Positions 10,674-21,780 are shown, counted from the stretch's first letter. The stretch: DNA of 64,000 bases from an uncultured bacterium (GCA_963777505.1 CAVZQN010000001.1:160001-224000); one strand, 5' to 3'. Program-made: numbers and translations. The notes: generated by a model not told the origin, from the sequence alone.

Positions 10674-11842
10674 GAAAAAATTTGAAGACTCGGATACTCT
10701 ATGTTTTGCCAGCCGGAGAACGCGGTGGAGCTGAGGTTTTGTTTCTGAATATTCTGGAGAATCTCAATAGAAACCTCTTTGAACCGTATGTGATCGGGTT
10801 ACAGGACGGACCGTTCATCGCTGAATTACAAAAAAATGGTTTAGCGTCACTGATAGTAGTAAAAACGAATCGTATTAGAAATCCGAAAGGGTTCTTTAAA
10901 ACGACAAAATACATTCGCGACTTTATCAAATCGGAACACATTGATGTCGTTCACTGTAATGGAACCGGCGCACAGATCTATGCTGGTTTTGCAGCTGGTC
11001 TTGCGGGAACTCCGTGCATTTATCATCTTCATGATGCTGTAGAGTGGTCCTGGAATCGGCAAGGGCTTGTTCACTTCCTCGCACAAATTTCACTGCCGGT
11101 TTCAACATTATTTTCACGAAAGCGCAGACTCCTACAATTCGTTGCCGTTTCAAATTATGTAGCGGAGAGATTTCAGCACAGTTGGGGTCAGCGAAACAAC
11201 ATTCACATCATCCATAACACAATTCGCTTTACGAACCCGGCTGCGACAGTAAATGAGAATTCTAGACCAGAAAGTCCCCTTGTCATTTGGATTGGAAGAC
11301 TTCAACGGTGGAAAGGAACTCACATCTTTTTAAGGGCCGCCGGAATTGTTCATGAAAGATTTCCGGAAGCTCAATTCTGCGTTATTGGCGGCTCACTTTT
11401 TGGAATAGAACCTGACTACAAAAAAGAGTTAGAAGATCTTGCTGGATCCTTAAGTTTGGGGAACTCCTTAAAATTCGCAGGTCATCAAACTTCCATAGAG
11501 TCTTTTCTTGAATCTGCAGATATCGTTGTTCATTCTTCAATTCGACCTGAACCATTTGGGCTCGTGCTTTTAGAAGCGATGAGCGCAGGCAAGCCGGTTG
11601 TTGCTTCCAATAAAGGAGGACCAGTTGAGATTGTTGAGGACGGAGTGACCGGGTTGCTTATTCCTCCGAATGATCCGGATGAGCTAGCAAATGCAATCAT
11701 TACACTTTTACAGAATAGAACGTTGAGAACAAAGATGGGACAGGCAGCAAAAGAACGAGTCGAGCAACATTTCAATCCATCCAAAATGATGCTTGCGCTG
11801 GAGAATTTATATTCCGAGCTCGCATGTGAGAGCACTAAGTGA
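10670..11842 (+). CDS. Glycosyltransferase family 4
   Basis: [26 protein letters not shown]. Confidence 0.9.
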   Translation: MRKNLKTRILYVLPAGERGGAEVLFLNILENLNRNLFEPYVIGLQDGPFIAELQKNGLASLIVVKTNRIRNPKGFFKTTKYIRDFIKSEHIDVVHCNGTGAQIYAGFAAGLAGTPCIYHLHDAVEWSWNRQGLVHFLAQISLPVSTLFSRKRRLLQFVAVSNYVAERFQHSWGQRNNIHIIHNTIRFTNPAATVNENSRPESPLVIWIGRLQRWKGTHIFLRAAGIVHERFPEAQFCVIGGSLFGIEPDYKKELEDLAGSLSLGNSLKFAGHQTSIESFLESADIVVHSSIRPEPFGLVLLEAMSAGKPVVASNKGGPVEIVEDGVTGLLIPPNDPDELANAIITLLQNRTLRTKMGQAAKERVEQHFNPSKMMLALENLYSELACESTK

Positions 11843-12579
11843 GTAGTATTAGAAACAAAATGTATCGTGCGGCCTTTGGCAGGGATTACACTCCTCAAAA
11901 ACTGGAAATCGGTTTTTTTCAGTTATTCAGCTATCTGTGGAAACGCGGCGGAAGAGCCCGTATACGCGGCCTTTTTGGGAAACATAAATTTCGAGAGTGC
12001 GGTCAGCGATTGTTCATTGGAAAAAATACGAATCTTCAATTTCACAAATACATTTCGCTGGGAAGCAATGTTTTTATTGGAGACTACACATACATCAATG
12101 GATTCTCTTTGGAAGGAATCCGTGTTGGAAACAACGTTCGGATCCGTGAATTCGGCTGGATCCAGGCCACCAGTGATTTAAACGATCCCGGCAAAGGGTT
12201 GCAAGTTTCGAATGACGTTTACATTGGACCTCGTTGTTATTTCGGCGCCGGTGGCGGAATTACGATTGGATCGAAAGTAGTCATAGGCGCCGGCGTAGAA
12301 TTATTAGCTGAAAATCATTGCTTTGAAGACTCTGACACACCGATTCAGGATCAAGGCGTTTCACGTAAAGGAATTCACATAGAAGATGATGTTTGGATAG
12401 GAAATCGAGTCATTATTCTGGATGGTGTACGGGTTGGCCGGGGGGCAGTGATTGGAGCAGGATCTGTTGTTACAAAAGATGTTCCAGCTAACGCAGTCGT
12501 CGCAGGAAATCCAGCACGAATCATGCGATATCGTGAAAGCAGAGCCGGGCATCTGATCAACAAGTCAGAAATTTCATGA
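11839..12579 (+). CDS. Left-handed beta-helix O-acyltransferase
   Basis: Hexapeptide repeats, IEDDVWIG...[15 protein letters not shown]...VAGNPAR. Confidence 0.9.
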   Translation: MSSIRNKMYRAAFGRDYTPQKLEIGFFQLFSYLWKRGGRARIRGLFGKHKFRECGQRLFIGKNTNLQFHKYISLGSNVFIGDYTYINGFSLEGIRVGNNVRIREFGWIQATSDLNDPGKGLQVSNDVYIGPRCYFGAGGGITIGSKVVIGAGVELLAENHCFEDSDTPIQDQGVSRKGIHIEDDVWIGNRVIILDGVRVGRGAVIGAGSVVTKDVPANAVVAGNPARIMRYRESRAGHLINKSEIS

Positions 12580-13643
12580 AAGTGGTTCTCTTTCGCGCTT
12601 TTCCTGATTCATTCAGAAAAAGCATGCAAATCTATGCTGATCAGCTTATAAAACGGATCCGCCCTCTTCTTCAGAATGAAGAACAAGTTGAAGACTGGCT
12701 CCCTTCGGGAATTCGATTAAATGGGAATTCTCGTTACTGGGATCAGTACGTTCGATATCAATGGTTAAGCCGCGATGCTCAAGGCGATGTGAATCATATT
12801 ATTGATCATGGTTACGGTCATTTACTTCACAGCCTTTGCAAAGAAAGAAGTATCGTTACGTTTCATGATTCTGTGGTGAACAAGCTTGATGGAATTTCAT
12901 GGCGCACACGATTGTCAGTCCGGTACAGCTTTCTTGCATTGCGCAAAGCAGCACGCATTATTACGGATTCCAAACTATCTCGCAACGATTTCCTGAATTT
13001 AGTTGATTTTCCAGAAGAAAAAGTCCAGATAATTTATCCTGGAGTCGATTCTGCTTTTCAGATTTTGCCAGATCGCATGGAATTAAAGAAACGCTACAAT
13101 CTTCCGTCCGCATTTATTCTTCATGTAGGAAATAATCTTCCTTACATGAATGTGGACAGCGTGCTGCTCACACTGGAACATTCAGTAAAACAAGGACTCG
13201 ATATTTCCCTTGTAAAAGTTGGCGATCATTTAACGAAGAAACAAGAAGCATTTTTGGACAAAGCCAATTTGAAAAGCAGAGTCATTCAACTTGGGAAAGT
13301 TCCGCTGGAACATTTGGTCGCAATTTATAATTGTGCTGAGTTGCTGATTTACCCTGTACTATACGCAGGGTTTGGTCTTCCACCTCTGGAGGCAATGGCC
13401 TGTGGAACGCCTGTGATCTGCTCAAATCGCGGTTCGCTTCCTGAAATTGCCGGTGATGCAGCACTGATGGTTGATCCGGAAGATCCTGTGAAGATAGCGG
13501 AATCAATTGCTTTGTTGTTAACCGATTCAAAGCTGCAGGAAAGTTTTCGAGCGAAAGGCCTGAAGCAGGCAAACCTCTATTCATGGGACAAGACAGCCGC
13601 GGAAGTATTGGCTGTATATAGAAACGTTCATCAAGAAAACTAA
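12576..13643 (+). CDS. Glycosyltransferase family 4 (MtfB-like)
   Basis: [24 protein letters not shown]. Confidence 0.88.
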   Translation: MKVVLFRAFPDSFRKSMQIYADQLIKRIRPLLQNEEQVEDWLPSGIRLNGNSRYWDQYVRYQWLSRDAQGDVNHIIDHGYGHLLHSLCKERSIVTFHDSVVNKLDGISWRTRLSVRYSFLALRKAARIITDSKLSRNDFLNLVDFPEEKVQIIYPGVDSAFQILPDRMELKKRYNLPSAFILHVGNNLPYMNVDSVLLTLEHSVKQGLDISLVKVGDHLTKKQEAFLDKANLKSRVIQLGKVPLEHLVAIYNCAELLIYPVLYAGFGLPPLEAMACGTPVICSNRGSLPEIAGDAALMVDPEDPVKIAESIALLLTDSKLQESFRAKGLKQANLYSWDKTAAEVLAVYRNVHQEN

Positions 13644-13644
13644 C

Positions 13645-14736
13645 TTGTTCAACATTGCCGTCATTCAGCGTTTTCTTCCAAGTCTTTCTAGAGGCGGTGT
13701 CGGTTATTTCACGCATGGACTTTGCAATGCCCTTCGCAAACGGTCGCATTCGGTAGCTGTATTCAGTCAGGATCCAGCTCCCAAAGATGCTTTGTATCAA
13801 GTCAATCGCATAACGCCTACTTCTCGATTCGGCATACGGTTTGCTCCCTTTGTGTTCCCATTTGATATTGCAAAGCAAGATTTCTCTTCTTTCGATTTGA
13901 TTCATGCGCAGGGCGATGACCAGTTCATTTCAAAAAATGCACCGCCCATCGTGCGCACGATGCATGGATCGTCACTCTCAGAAGCAATTCACAATGGCAT
14001 TTACCGCATTTCCCCCAAACATTTTCTACTGCACATATATTTTTATTTTTTGGAACTAATCTCAATAAGTCGGGCTGACTCTGTTATTGCAGTCTCCGGA
14101 CAAACCGGGAAACATTACTGGAAAGTTGATGAAGTTATACCCAATGGAATTAACGTAGAACATTTCTCCGGAAAAGAAAGAGCAAAAAGTAAAACTCCTA
14201 CAATTTTATTTGTTGGCGATTTATCAAATCGGAAACGTGGAAAACTGCTTCTGGACAAATTCGTCAATAGAATTAGAAAACAGATTCCCGAAGCAGAACT
14301 ATGGATGGTCTGTCCACAAAAAATCGAAGCACCTGGAGTTCGCACTTTTGATCGTATAGATTCTGAAAAGCTTTCCGAATTGTATGCGCAAGCCTGGGTC
14401 TTTTGTCTTCCTAGTTCCTATGAAGGTTTCGGCCGTCCGTATATAGAAGCGATGGCTGCTGGGACTCCGGTTGTTGCAACTCCAAATCCAGGCGCAATTG
14501 AAATTCTGGACAATGGCCGCTTTGGGATCATTACAAACGAAACCCAACTGGATGAGGAACTCCTCAAGGTATTGAATGATTCTGCGATAAGAAAAAAGTT
14601 TGAAGAATTAGGCCGTACCCGCGCCCTGGAATACGATTGGGATAGCATTGTTACGCGCTACGAACGCGTCTACGAAAAAGTATTGAACCAAAACAAAATC
14701 TCGTCAGTGAATTCTGTGCCTTCCGTGCTTCCGTGA
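13645..14736 (+). CDS. Glycosyltransferase family 4
   Basis: GGVG, VRTMHG, YEGFGRPYIEAMAAG. Confidence 0.9.
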   Translation: MFNIAVIQRFLPSLSRGGVGYFTHGLCNALRKRSHSVAVFSQDPAPKDALYQVNRITPTSRFGIRFAPFVFPFDIAKQDFSSFDLIHAQGDDQFISKNAPPIVRTMHGSSLSEAIHNGIYRISPKHFLLHIYFYFLELISISRADSVIAVSGQTGKHYWKVDEVIPNGINVEHFSGKERAKSKTPTILFVGDLSNRKRGKLLLDKFVNRIRKQIPEAELWMVCPQKIEAPGVRTFDRIDSEKLSELYAQAWVFCLPSSYEGFGRPYIEAMAAGTPVVATPNPGAIEILDNGRFGIITNETQLDEELLKVLNDSAIRKKFEELGRTRALEYDWDSIVTRYERVYEKVLNQNKISSVNSVPSVLP

Positions 14737-15930
14737 CTAAGAAAAGAATTTTATATCTACAATCGACTTCAGAAGTCGGAGGATCAGACATTTCTCTTCT
14801 GCGTCTTATTGAAAGACTGGACAAAACTCTGTTTGAACCTTTCGTTATTTTGCCTCACGAAGGACCACTGGTTGAAAAATTACGAGAGCACACACATGAA
14901 ATTCACTTTATGAAGGAAATGCTAAAGCCAACAACGCGTAAGGGCAAAACATTCTATTTCCATTATCTGCTGAACTATCCATTCGCTGTTCGGAAAATTG
15001 CTCGATGGATTCAAGAACGAAAGATTGATCTGGTGCATACGAATTCAGTCCACAATCTCTATGGATCTCTTGCCGCAAAACTAAGCAGGCGGCCCTCATG
15101 TCTGGCATGTCAGAGAAATTGTTTTTCAATCAAAGTTTCTATGGATGTTTGAAAAATTTCTTTTGAAACAATTTTCAGACCGCATCATTGTGACCAGTGA
15201 AGCCGTTGCTGAAATGTTTGGTAAGGATAGAAATACTCTCCCCTTACGAAAAATCCCGAATGGTGTGGATCTTGAACGCTACCATCCTGACAACGATGGG
15301 CAATATATTCTTGAGCCGCTGGAAATTTCATCCACTGCTCCAATTGTTGGAATCGTTGCAAGATTGGATCGCTGGAAAGGGGTCGATATTTTTCTACGTG
15401 CAATTTCGATTTGTAAGGCAAAATGCCCGGAGGCTCAGTACGTAATCTTTGGCGGTGAAATTGAAGGGAGTACAGAATATGCGAAAAAGCTTTACAAGCT
15501 TGCCGCAGATCTGCATCTAAATGAAATCGTACATTTTGCTGGATGGCGTTATGGGCCAGAAGACATGCCTAAAGTTTACGCTGCACTGGACATTGTAATT
15601 CTTGCATCGACTTCGCCCGAACCCTTTGGCCTGGTCATATTAGAAGCGATGGCTACAGCAAAACCTGTGATCGCCACGAATCATGGAGGACCGAAAGAAA
15701 TTTGTATTGATCAGGAAACTGCATTGTTGATCCCTCCTGGCGATCCGGAAAAACTTGCAGAAGCTATCTTGAATTTGATTCAGAATCCACAAAACGCCAG
15801 AAGGATGGGTAAAGCTGGCAGGAAACGTGTTGAAACGCATTACGATCATAAGCTTTGCGTAAGATCGATTGAATCCTTGTATAAAGAACTTCTTTCAATG
15901 GATGAACCATGTGTGGAATTGCAGTTATAG
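14733..15930 (+). CDS. Glycosyltransferase family 4, split by a +1 frameshift near 15093-15095
   Basis: ORFs 14733..15152 (GGSD N-domain) and 15145..15930 (PEPFGLVILEAMA); removing one C in ggccct restores RRPHVWHVREIVFQSKFLWMFEK. Confidence 0.85.
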
Positions 15931-17783
15931 CCGGTGATTCCAGAAACACAGTAGCGAGCCTGGAATCTCAAGCTCGAATCGTCAGCAATAGTTTGGCGCA
16001 TCGTGGTCCTGACGATTCCGGAATAGAAATCAGAAAATCACTCAACAATCAAACTGTTGTCTTGATTCACCGGAGACTTGCAATCATCGATCTGAGTGCG
16101 CGGGCCCATCAGCCAATGGCAACTCAGGATAAGCGATTCTGGATCGTGTACAACGGCGAGATTTACAACTTTCAGGATCTGAGGACCGAATTGGAAAGGA
16201 GCAAAACGGCTCTGCATTCCAACTCTGATACGGAAGTCATTCTCAATCTCTACGCAAAAGAAGGTCCCGATTGTTTGAAGAAACTTCGTGGCATGTTTGC
16301 CTTCTGTATTTGGGATGAACTCAAAGGCGAAATATTTTTTGCAAGAGACCGCTTTGGAATTAAGCCGCTCTATTATGCAAAACAACAAGGCAGCTTTTTG
16401 GTGGCATCTGAACTCAAAACTATTTTGAATTCCGGCCTGGCTTCTACAGAATGTGATAAAGAAACAGAATCAATCTTTCTTCGGCGTGGCTCTATTCCAG
16501 CACCTCACACTTACTACCGGAATATTCGATCGCTTGAGCCAGGAACGTGGGCAAATTTTGATGGAAACGAAGTAAAGGTGCAAAGCTATTGGAAGCTGTC
16601 CGAAGCTTTTCAATCTGCATCAGAACAAACGACGACTACTTCGGATGTCGCTATTCAAATACGAGATCGTTTCGTGGATTCGGTGCGGACACACATGGTG
16701 AGTGATGTTCCCGTAGCTGTGTTTCTTAGCGGCGGATTGGATTCGACTGCCATTGTTTCAGCGATTCGACAGTTTTATTCAGGCGCACTCAAAACGATCA
16801 GTATTGTCTTTCCGAATACAGCATTGGATGAAAGCACTCTTGCGAGAGATGCAGCAAAGCATTTTGGAACGGATCACACTGAAGTTGAGATTACACAAGA
16901 TGATTTCGTTAACAACCTGGATGATATTTTCCAGGCTATGGATCAGCCAACCATTGATGGCGTCAATACCTACTTTGTAGCAAAGGCAGCCAAACAAGCC
17001 GGAGTGAAGGTCGCCCTTTCCGGTATTGGCGGGGATGAAATCCTTGGAGGTTACAAAAGTTTCGTTGATATTCCGCGATTGATCCGTTCTTTGAAATTGA
17101 CGAACCAGATGCCAACACTGTCTCGTCAGGCTGCAGCTTTGGTAGAACATCTTCCTGTAACATGGGGACCCAAGTTTGCGGAGCTCCTGAAGAATCATTC
17201 GCTGAATCTCTTCCGTATATGGCAAGATCGGCGTGCTCTTTTCACGGAAGAGCAAATACGATCCCTGATACCCGATCATACCGTAGCAGATTTTCCTGAT
17301 TTACCTGAAACGTTGAAAGATCTTTTCTGGTCTATTTCATATCTGGAAATGCAGTACTTCTTGATTCCACAACTTCTTCGTGATTCGGATGTCTTCACTA
17401 TGCATCATGGAGTGGAGTTGCGCACACCTTTTGTTGATCATCTGTTCTTGAACTCCGTTTTAAAATCAGGCTTATGGAAAAGGGATGGAGCTTCGACTTA
17501 TAAAATTGCATTGTTCAAAAAAATGGGAGACTTTATACCCTTCCAACATCTTCGAAAAGGCAAAAGAGGATTTACGTTACCATTCAATAAATGGCTTAGA
17601 GAGATGCTTCAGAATGAAAAAGCGGCCAACAATCCTATGTCAACATTTTTGAGGCGGCCAGAGAACAAGCTCTACTCAAATCAATTTTTAGATAAAAAAC
17701 TTCATTGGTCCAGAATCTGGGCTCTCTATGTTCTAGATAGATTTAGAACCGGAAGAGATGGAACTTTCGATAATCATCGTTAA
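15909..17783 (+). CDS. asnB: Asparagine synthase (glutamine-hydrolysing)-like amidotransferase, polysaccharide-associated
   Basis: MCGI Ntn cysteine, HRGPDD, NGEIYN, RDRFGIKPLY, SGGLDS, SGIGGDE. Confidence 0.9.
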   Translation: MCGIAVIAGDSRNTVASLESQARIVSNSLAHRGPDDSGIEIRKSLNNQTVVLIHRRLAIIDLSARAHQPMATQDKRFWIVYNGEIYNFQDLRTELERSKTALHSNSDTEVILNLYAKEGPDCLKKLRGMFAFCIWDELKGEIFFARDRFGIKPLYYAKQQGSFLVASELKTILNSGLASTECDKETESIFLRRGSIPAPHTYYRNIRSLEPGTWANFDGNEVKVQSYWKLSEAFQSASEQTTTTSDVAIQIRDRFVDSVRTHMVSDVPVAVFLSGGLDSTAIVSAIRQFYSGALKTISIVFPNTALDESTLARDAAKHFGTDHTEVEITQDDFVNNLDDIFQAMDQPTIDGVNTYFVAKAAKQAGVKVALSGIGGDEILGGYKSFVDIPRLIRSLKLTNQMPTLSRQAAALVEHLPVTWGPKFAELLKNHSLNLFRIWQDRRALFTEEQIRSLIPDHTVADFPDLPETLKDLFWSISYLEMQYFLIPQLLRDSDVFTMHHGVELRTPFVDHLFLNSVLKSGLWKRDGASTYKIALFKKMGDFIPFQHLRKGKRGFTLPFNKWLREMLQNEKAANNPMSTFLRRPENKLYSNQFLDKKLHWSRIWALYVLDRFRTGRDGTFDNHR

Positions 17784-18606
17784 TTACAATGCTGCGCCAT
17801 TTTTGAAGCGCGCGATCGAATCGATTGAGCTTCATCTCAAGAATGTCTCGCACGAAATTTGTGTTGTTGATAATGCTTCAACAGATAAAAGTTCTGATGT
17901 TTGGTTGAACTTTCCGCAAGTTCGTGTAATTAGAAACGACAACAATCTCGGATTTGCTGCTGGGATAAATCAAGGGTTAAAGGACACAACTGGATCATAC
18001 GTTCTATGGTTAAATCCCGATGCGGAATTACTGGATGACGGTCTTGCAACAATTCTGCGCTATATGAATGATCATCCGAATGTTGGAATCATTGGAACTC
18101 GTATCGTGAATTCCGACGGTAGCATTCAGCTCTCATGCCGTTCATTCCCTTCATATCGTGCAGGTTTGTTCAACCGCTACTCTTTATTAACACGATGGTT
18201 TCCAAAAAATCGTTTTAGCCGTAATTATTTGAAATCTGACTTCGATCACAATGTCATTGCCGATGTTGATTGGGTTTCCGGAGCTTGTCTCTTGCATCGA
18301 AGGGAACTCGTCAAACGTCCCGGCCTTCTGGATGAACACTTTTTCATGTATTGCGAAGACGTGGATTATTGCTTCAGAGCAAAACAAGAAGGCTGGAATG
18401 TCCAATACCATCCGGGCGCTGCCGTACTGCATCATATTGCCGCAAGCAGCAAACAACTACCACGCAAGACAATCTTGGAACGGCACAAAAGCATCTGGCA
18501 TTACTACACAAAACATTTTAAAAGAAATATCGCAAAAGACATTGCAGTTGGAGCCGGAATCCTTGGTAGATGTGCAATGCTATTGGTAATGAACCGATTG
18601 AAATGA
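17758..18606 (+). CDS. Glycosyltransferase family 2 (WbbL/rhamnosyltransferase-like)
   Basis: IIIVNYN, VVDNASTD, LNPDA, VSGACLL, FMYCEDVD. Confidence 0.9.
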   Translation: MELSIIIVNYNAAPFLKRAIESIELHLKNVSHEICVVDNASTDKSSDVWLNFPQVRVIRNDNNLGFAAGINQGLKDTTGSYVLWLNPDAELLDDGLATILRYMNDHPNVGIIGTRIVNSDGSIQLSCRSFPSYRAGLFNRYSLLTRWFPKNRFSRNYLKSDFDHNVIADVDWVSGACLLHRRELVKRPGLLDEHFFMYCEDVDYCFRAKQEGWNVQYHPGAAVLHHIAASSKQLPRKTILERHKSIWHYYTKHFKRNIAKDIAVGAGILGRCAMLLVMNRLK

Positions 18607-19979
18607 CAAAGGCTGGCCGGCCGTTAGTAGAAACAACCGGTAGTATCAACTACATTTGGCGGGCGTCCACAAGGGCCACCGCTACCTTACTCTTTCTTGC
18701 AATATGCACGTTTTTCTTTTCTCATTCATTAAGCGCTCAGCCAGAAAATAAAATTCGAGATGCCATCTTTAACCTGTCTGAGACCCACCCGCTGCGAGTC
18801 TCGATCTTCCGTATTCAACCAAGGCTTATTGTTGGTTCCGCTTACGATTCCAATGCATATTCAACTGAAGACTTCGAGGCATCGGATTACTTCGGATCGA
18901 TTGCTCCAGGAGCCAGCGTAGCTCTAAAACTCGGACACCGCGCCTATTTTGTTTTTCAAGAAAATATAAATATTCTTTTCTATCAGGAACAAGATCAACT
19001 GAGCGATGTATTCGACACAACTTCAGGTATGTTCGGCATCGGTTCAAGGCGCCTTCTTTTCAATATAGCCGCAAGCTACTACAACAAAAAAGCAAGGATT
19101 GATGAAGAATTTGACCAACCTGCACAACAACGATTAATAGATGTGAATGCACAGTTTTCATATGCACTTCGAAAACGAACTGGAATTTACGTTGCGTTCA
19201 AGCAAAATGAATCTCGTTATGAACTAGACGCAGAGATTCCAACAGAGTTACCGATTACGCCTGATACGCGAATATATGAGTACGGTGGAGGTTTTGATGA
19301 GGAAATTGGGAATCATATCCGGCTTGTGTTTGGAGCTTCATTCGGAACGATTCATTTCCTCAATCTAACCCTGCCAGAAGCAGAAGCAGAACCGGAAAGT
19401 ACTTTTTGGAAATCACTCATCGGCTTGGAGTTTAATGGCAATCAATTAACAGGGAGAGCCAAATTTGGGTTTAATCAAACAGAATCCATTGATATAAATG
19501 GAGATTCGTTTAACGATTTGATCATCGATACGGAAGTGAATTACAAGCTGGGAAGAAGACTTTATGTTGGCGGATTATTGAAGCGTGCACGTTCTATTTC
19601 TGGCTTATCGGAAACGAATTTTCGGCTGACTACACAAGGAGGCGTCACAGGTTGTGCCCCGCTTAACCAGCGCCGGAAGTTGTTTGTTGATGGCATGTGG
19701 ATTGTAGGCCAGAACAACTATGGTGATCAGATTGTTCTAGATGATCAGACGATTACAAAAGATACTTTTCATCGAGTGGAATCTGGATTGAATTTCACAC
19801 TTCCTAAAAATTTGGTATTTAGATTTGGAACAGCCTATCAAAATCGAGACTCCAATATTTCAACCCTCACCAAAGATCGAATTACTTTCAATATTGGCCT
19901 TGTTCTGGAGGCGCGACGGACTCGAGTCAATGGCGAGGTCGAAAGCTGCCGGACTGAGGGGGTCTACTTCGAACGCTAA
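18603..19979 (+). CDS. Outer-membrane beta-barrel protein (EpsL/BBP2-like, polysaccharide-locus associated)
   Basis: Signal-peptide-like N-terminus, YDSN motif, alternating aromatic beta-strand pattern; ATG 18603 overlaps upstream TGA. Confidence 0.65.
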   Translation: MTKAGRPLVETTGSINYIWRASTRATATLLFLAICTFFFSHSLSAQPENKIRDAIFNLSETHPLRVSIFRIQPRLIVGSAYDSNAYSTEDFEASDYFGSIAPGASVALKLGHRAYFVFQENINILFYQEQDQLSDVFDTTSGMFGIGSRRLLFNIAASYYNKKARIDEEFDQPAQQRLIDVNAQFSYALRKRTGIYVAFKQNESRYELDAEIPTELPITPDTRIYEYGGGFDEEIGNHIRLVFGASFGTIHFLNLTLPEAEAEPESTFWKSLIGLEFNGNQLTGRAKFGFNQTESIDINGDSFNDLIIDTEVNYKLGRRLYVGGLLKRARSISGLSETNFRLTTQGGVTGCAPLNQRRKLFVDGMWIVGQNNYGDQIVLDDQTITKDTFHRVESGLNFTLPKNLVFRFGTAYQNRDSNISTLTKDRITFNIGLVLEARRTRVNGEVESCRTEGVYFER

Positions 19980-19986
19980 TACAGTC

Positions 19987-20304
19987 TTAATGATGAGCCT
20001 TTCGTTTATCCAGCCAGTATCCTGCAGCGGCCGGCATCAATAGTAAGAACAACAGAATCGGCCAATAACTGCTCCACACGACCACCCCAACCAGCAGCAA
20101 ATTGCCGGAAACATATTCAAAAAGAGTACAGGGTTTGGCACCGGCTAGCCAGGGAAGGTAGCCACCACACTTCCCGTCGTATGATCCCGCCAACAGAACC
20201 GCGTTTACAATCGTTGCAAGGATCAGGATCACGATTGGAATAAATAAGCCCAACATGAAATATCTATGTCTGGACTGTTTGGCGGAATTCATATTCTTCC
20301 CCAC
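19987..20304 (-). CDS. Small hypothetical membrane protein (2 TM, Cys pair in loop)
   Basis: Two hydrophobic helices flanking YDGKCGGYLPWLAGAKPCTL. Confidence 0.65.
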   Translation of the reverse strand: MGKNMNSAKQSRHRYFMLGLFIPIVILILATIVNAVLLAGSYDGKCGGYLPWLAGAKPCTLFEYVSGNLLLVGVVVWSSYWPILLFLLLMPAAAGYWLDKRKAHH

Positions 20305-20422
20305 ATAGAATAAGACAAGATCTAACGATAAGTTGCCATTTTATTTGAACTGCACACGTGATGCGACTATCGACATGTTGTACGTGGGGGTTTGTAACGC
20401 CGGCATCTTGCGGCAGAGCTCG

Positions 20423-21685
20423 TTACCGGACTAGTTCTGGATGCCGCAACTTAAATACTTCCTGTCTGCGTGCTTCCACTTCAGCCTTACGCGCAGATGT
20501 AATATCGGGATGTCTTAACAAATCAACAAGCCGCGCATAATACTCATTCAACTCGCGATCGCTTGTTCCTAGCTTCGGGTCTTTGCCACCTGATTTGTAA
20601 GCTTCGAATGCGGGTTCTTTATCCTTTGCATTCTGTTCGGCTTCCGATAATGGAATTTTCGGCAATCCCTGAGTACCATCCACTGAATTCCATGTTGCGG
20701 TTTTCGCAAATGGAGGATCGACCTGGCTTGGATCCTCACCATCAGTCATGGATTCCCATTTTTTCAAATGTTGCGGCGCTCCGCTTTCTGCTTTTGGAGA
20801 AAATTCGTTATATGCAAACGCGCTCTTTAAATTTGGAAAAGCGCTTCTGAGAGTTGCGAATGACTCTTCACCGGCGCAAAAACAAGCAGACACTGCAACG
20901 TGTTCAATCTTTGCGGCGCCTTTTGGAAATACGTTCGCCAGTTTTTCAACATCCTTTAAATGAAACACTCCCTTGTCGTCTCCGCTGATTTCTCCGTTCA
21001 TTCCATGACCCGAAAGAACCAGACGATTTACAGGCAACTTTCCTTCTCCTGCGCGATGGAAATTCAATCCGAGTTGTGCCATTTCATCGCGAGACTCTTT
21101 CTTCACACCTTTTAAAGTATTCACAAAATCCTGAGCCTGTTTGTCTGACATCTTATCCGGACCACTTTTGAGCGCGTCGCGATACGCATCTAATCCGGTA
21201 TCTGTTTTCAGATCAAAGTCTTTACCTTCGTAATTAATTTTGCCTTCTGACTCGTATGCTTTTATTTGAGTCACTCCACCATCACTTTTCGGATTAGACT
21301 TTTCCAAAGCATTCGCCTCGTGTACCGACTCTTTACGCATTCCGAGGTGAATCACACCCTGCATCCGGGCCTTCGAAGCGTTTCGATCAATCTCTGATTT
21401 CAATGCTTCATAAACTTCTCCACTTTTTGTTTCAACACCCGCCGAATCTTTCGATACAAACGAATTTGCGGAGCCATTCTTGTCAAAGCCGTCAACTACT
21501 TTAAAAAGCTTGTTGTATTCAGCCTGACCGCTGATCTGTCCATCTTTGCCAGCAATCTTTGCCAGATCTGACTCCGATACTCCTGCTTTGGCAAGCTTGG
21601 CCCTTGTTTCCGGCGTCATGTCATTGACATTGATGCCACTCTTCGAAAATTCCTTCATAAATTGCGAACGATTAATTGTAGTCAT
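20423..21685 (-). CDS. Hypothetical protein with clan-CD (caspase-fold) His-Cys signature
   Basis: About 420 aa from ATG 21685 (MTTINRSQF); LVLSGHG...VAVSAC motifs; EF-hand-like N-terminal loops. Confidence 0.7.
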   Translation of the reverse strand: MTTINRSQFMKEFSKSGINVNDMTPETRAKLAKAGVSESDLAKIAGKDGQISGQAEYNKLFKVVDGFDKNGSANSFVSKDSAGVETKSGEVYEALKSEIDRNASKARMQGVIHLGMRKESVHEANALEKSNPKSDGGVTQIKAYESEGKINYEGKDFDLKTDTGLDAYRDALKSGPDKMSDKQAQDFVNTLKGVKKESRDEMAQLGLNFHRAGEGKLPVNRLVLSGHGMNGEISGDDKGVFHLKDVEKLANVFPKGAAKIEHVAVSACFCAGEESFATLRSAFPNLKSAFAYNEFSPKAESGAPQHLKKWESMTDGEDPSQVDPPFAKTATWNSVDGTQGLPKIPLSEAEQNAKDKEPAFEAYKSGGKDPKLGTSDRELNEYYARLVDLLRHPDITSARKAEVEARRQEVFKLRHPELVR

Positions 21686-21692
21686 GCCTCTA

Positions 21693-21719
21693 TTATCGGC
21701 AGTCCGAATCTTGAGTTGC
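21693..21719 (-). promoter_or_regulatory. Putative sigma28/FliA-like promoter
   Basis: Minus strand GCAA-N15-GCCGATAA, 7 nt upstream of ATG 21685; perfect -10, non-canonical -35. Confidence 0.5.
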
Positions 21720-21780
21720 GTATGCTTGAAGCTGCGTCTATTGTGGAACAATATTATATAAATGGACTTATGCGAGGATT

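Noticed and set aside
15909-17783. AsnB as a lasso peptide cyclase
   Set aside because: It retains the N-terminal glutaminase Cys and sits among glycosyltransferases, with no adjacent B protein or precursor
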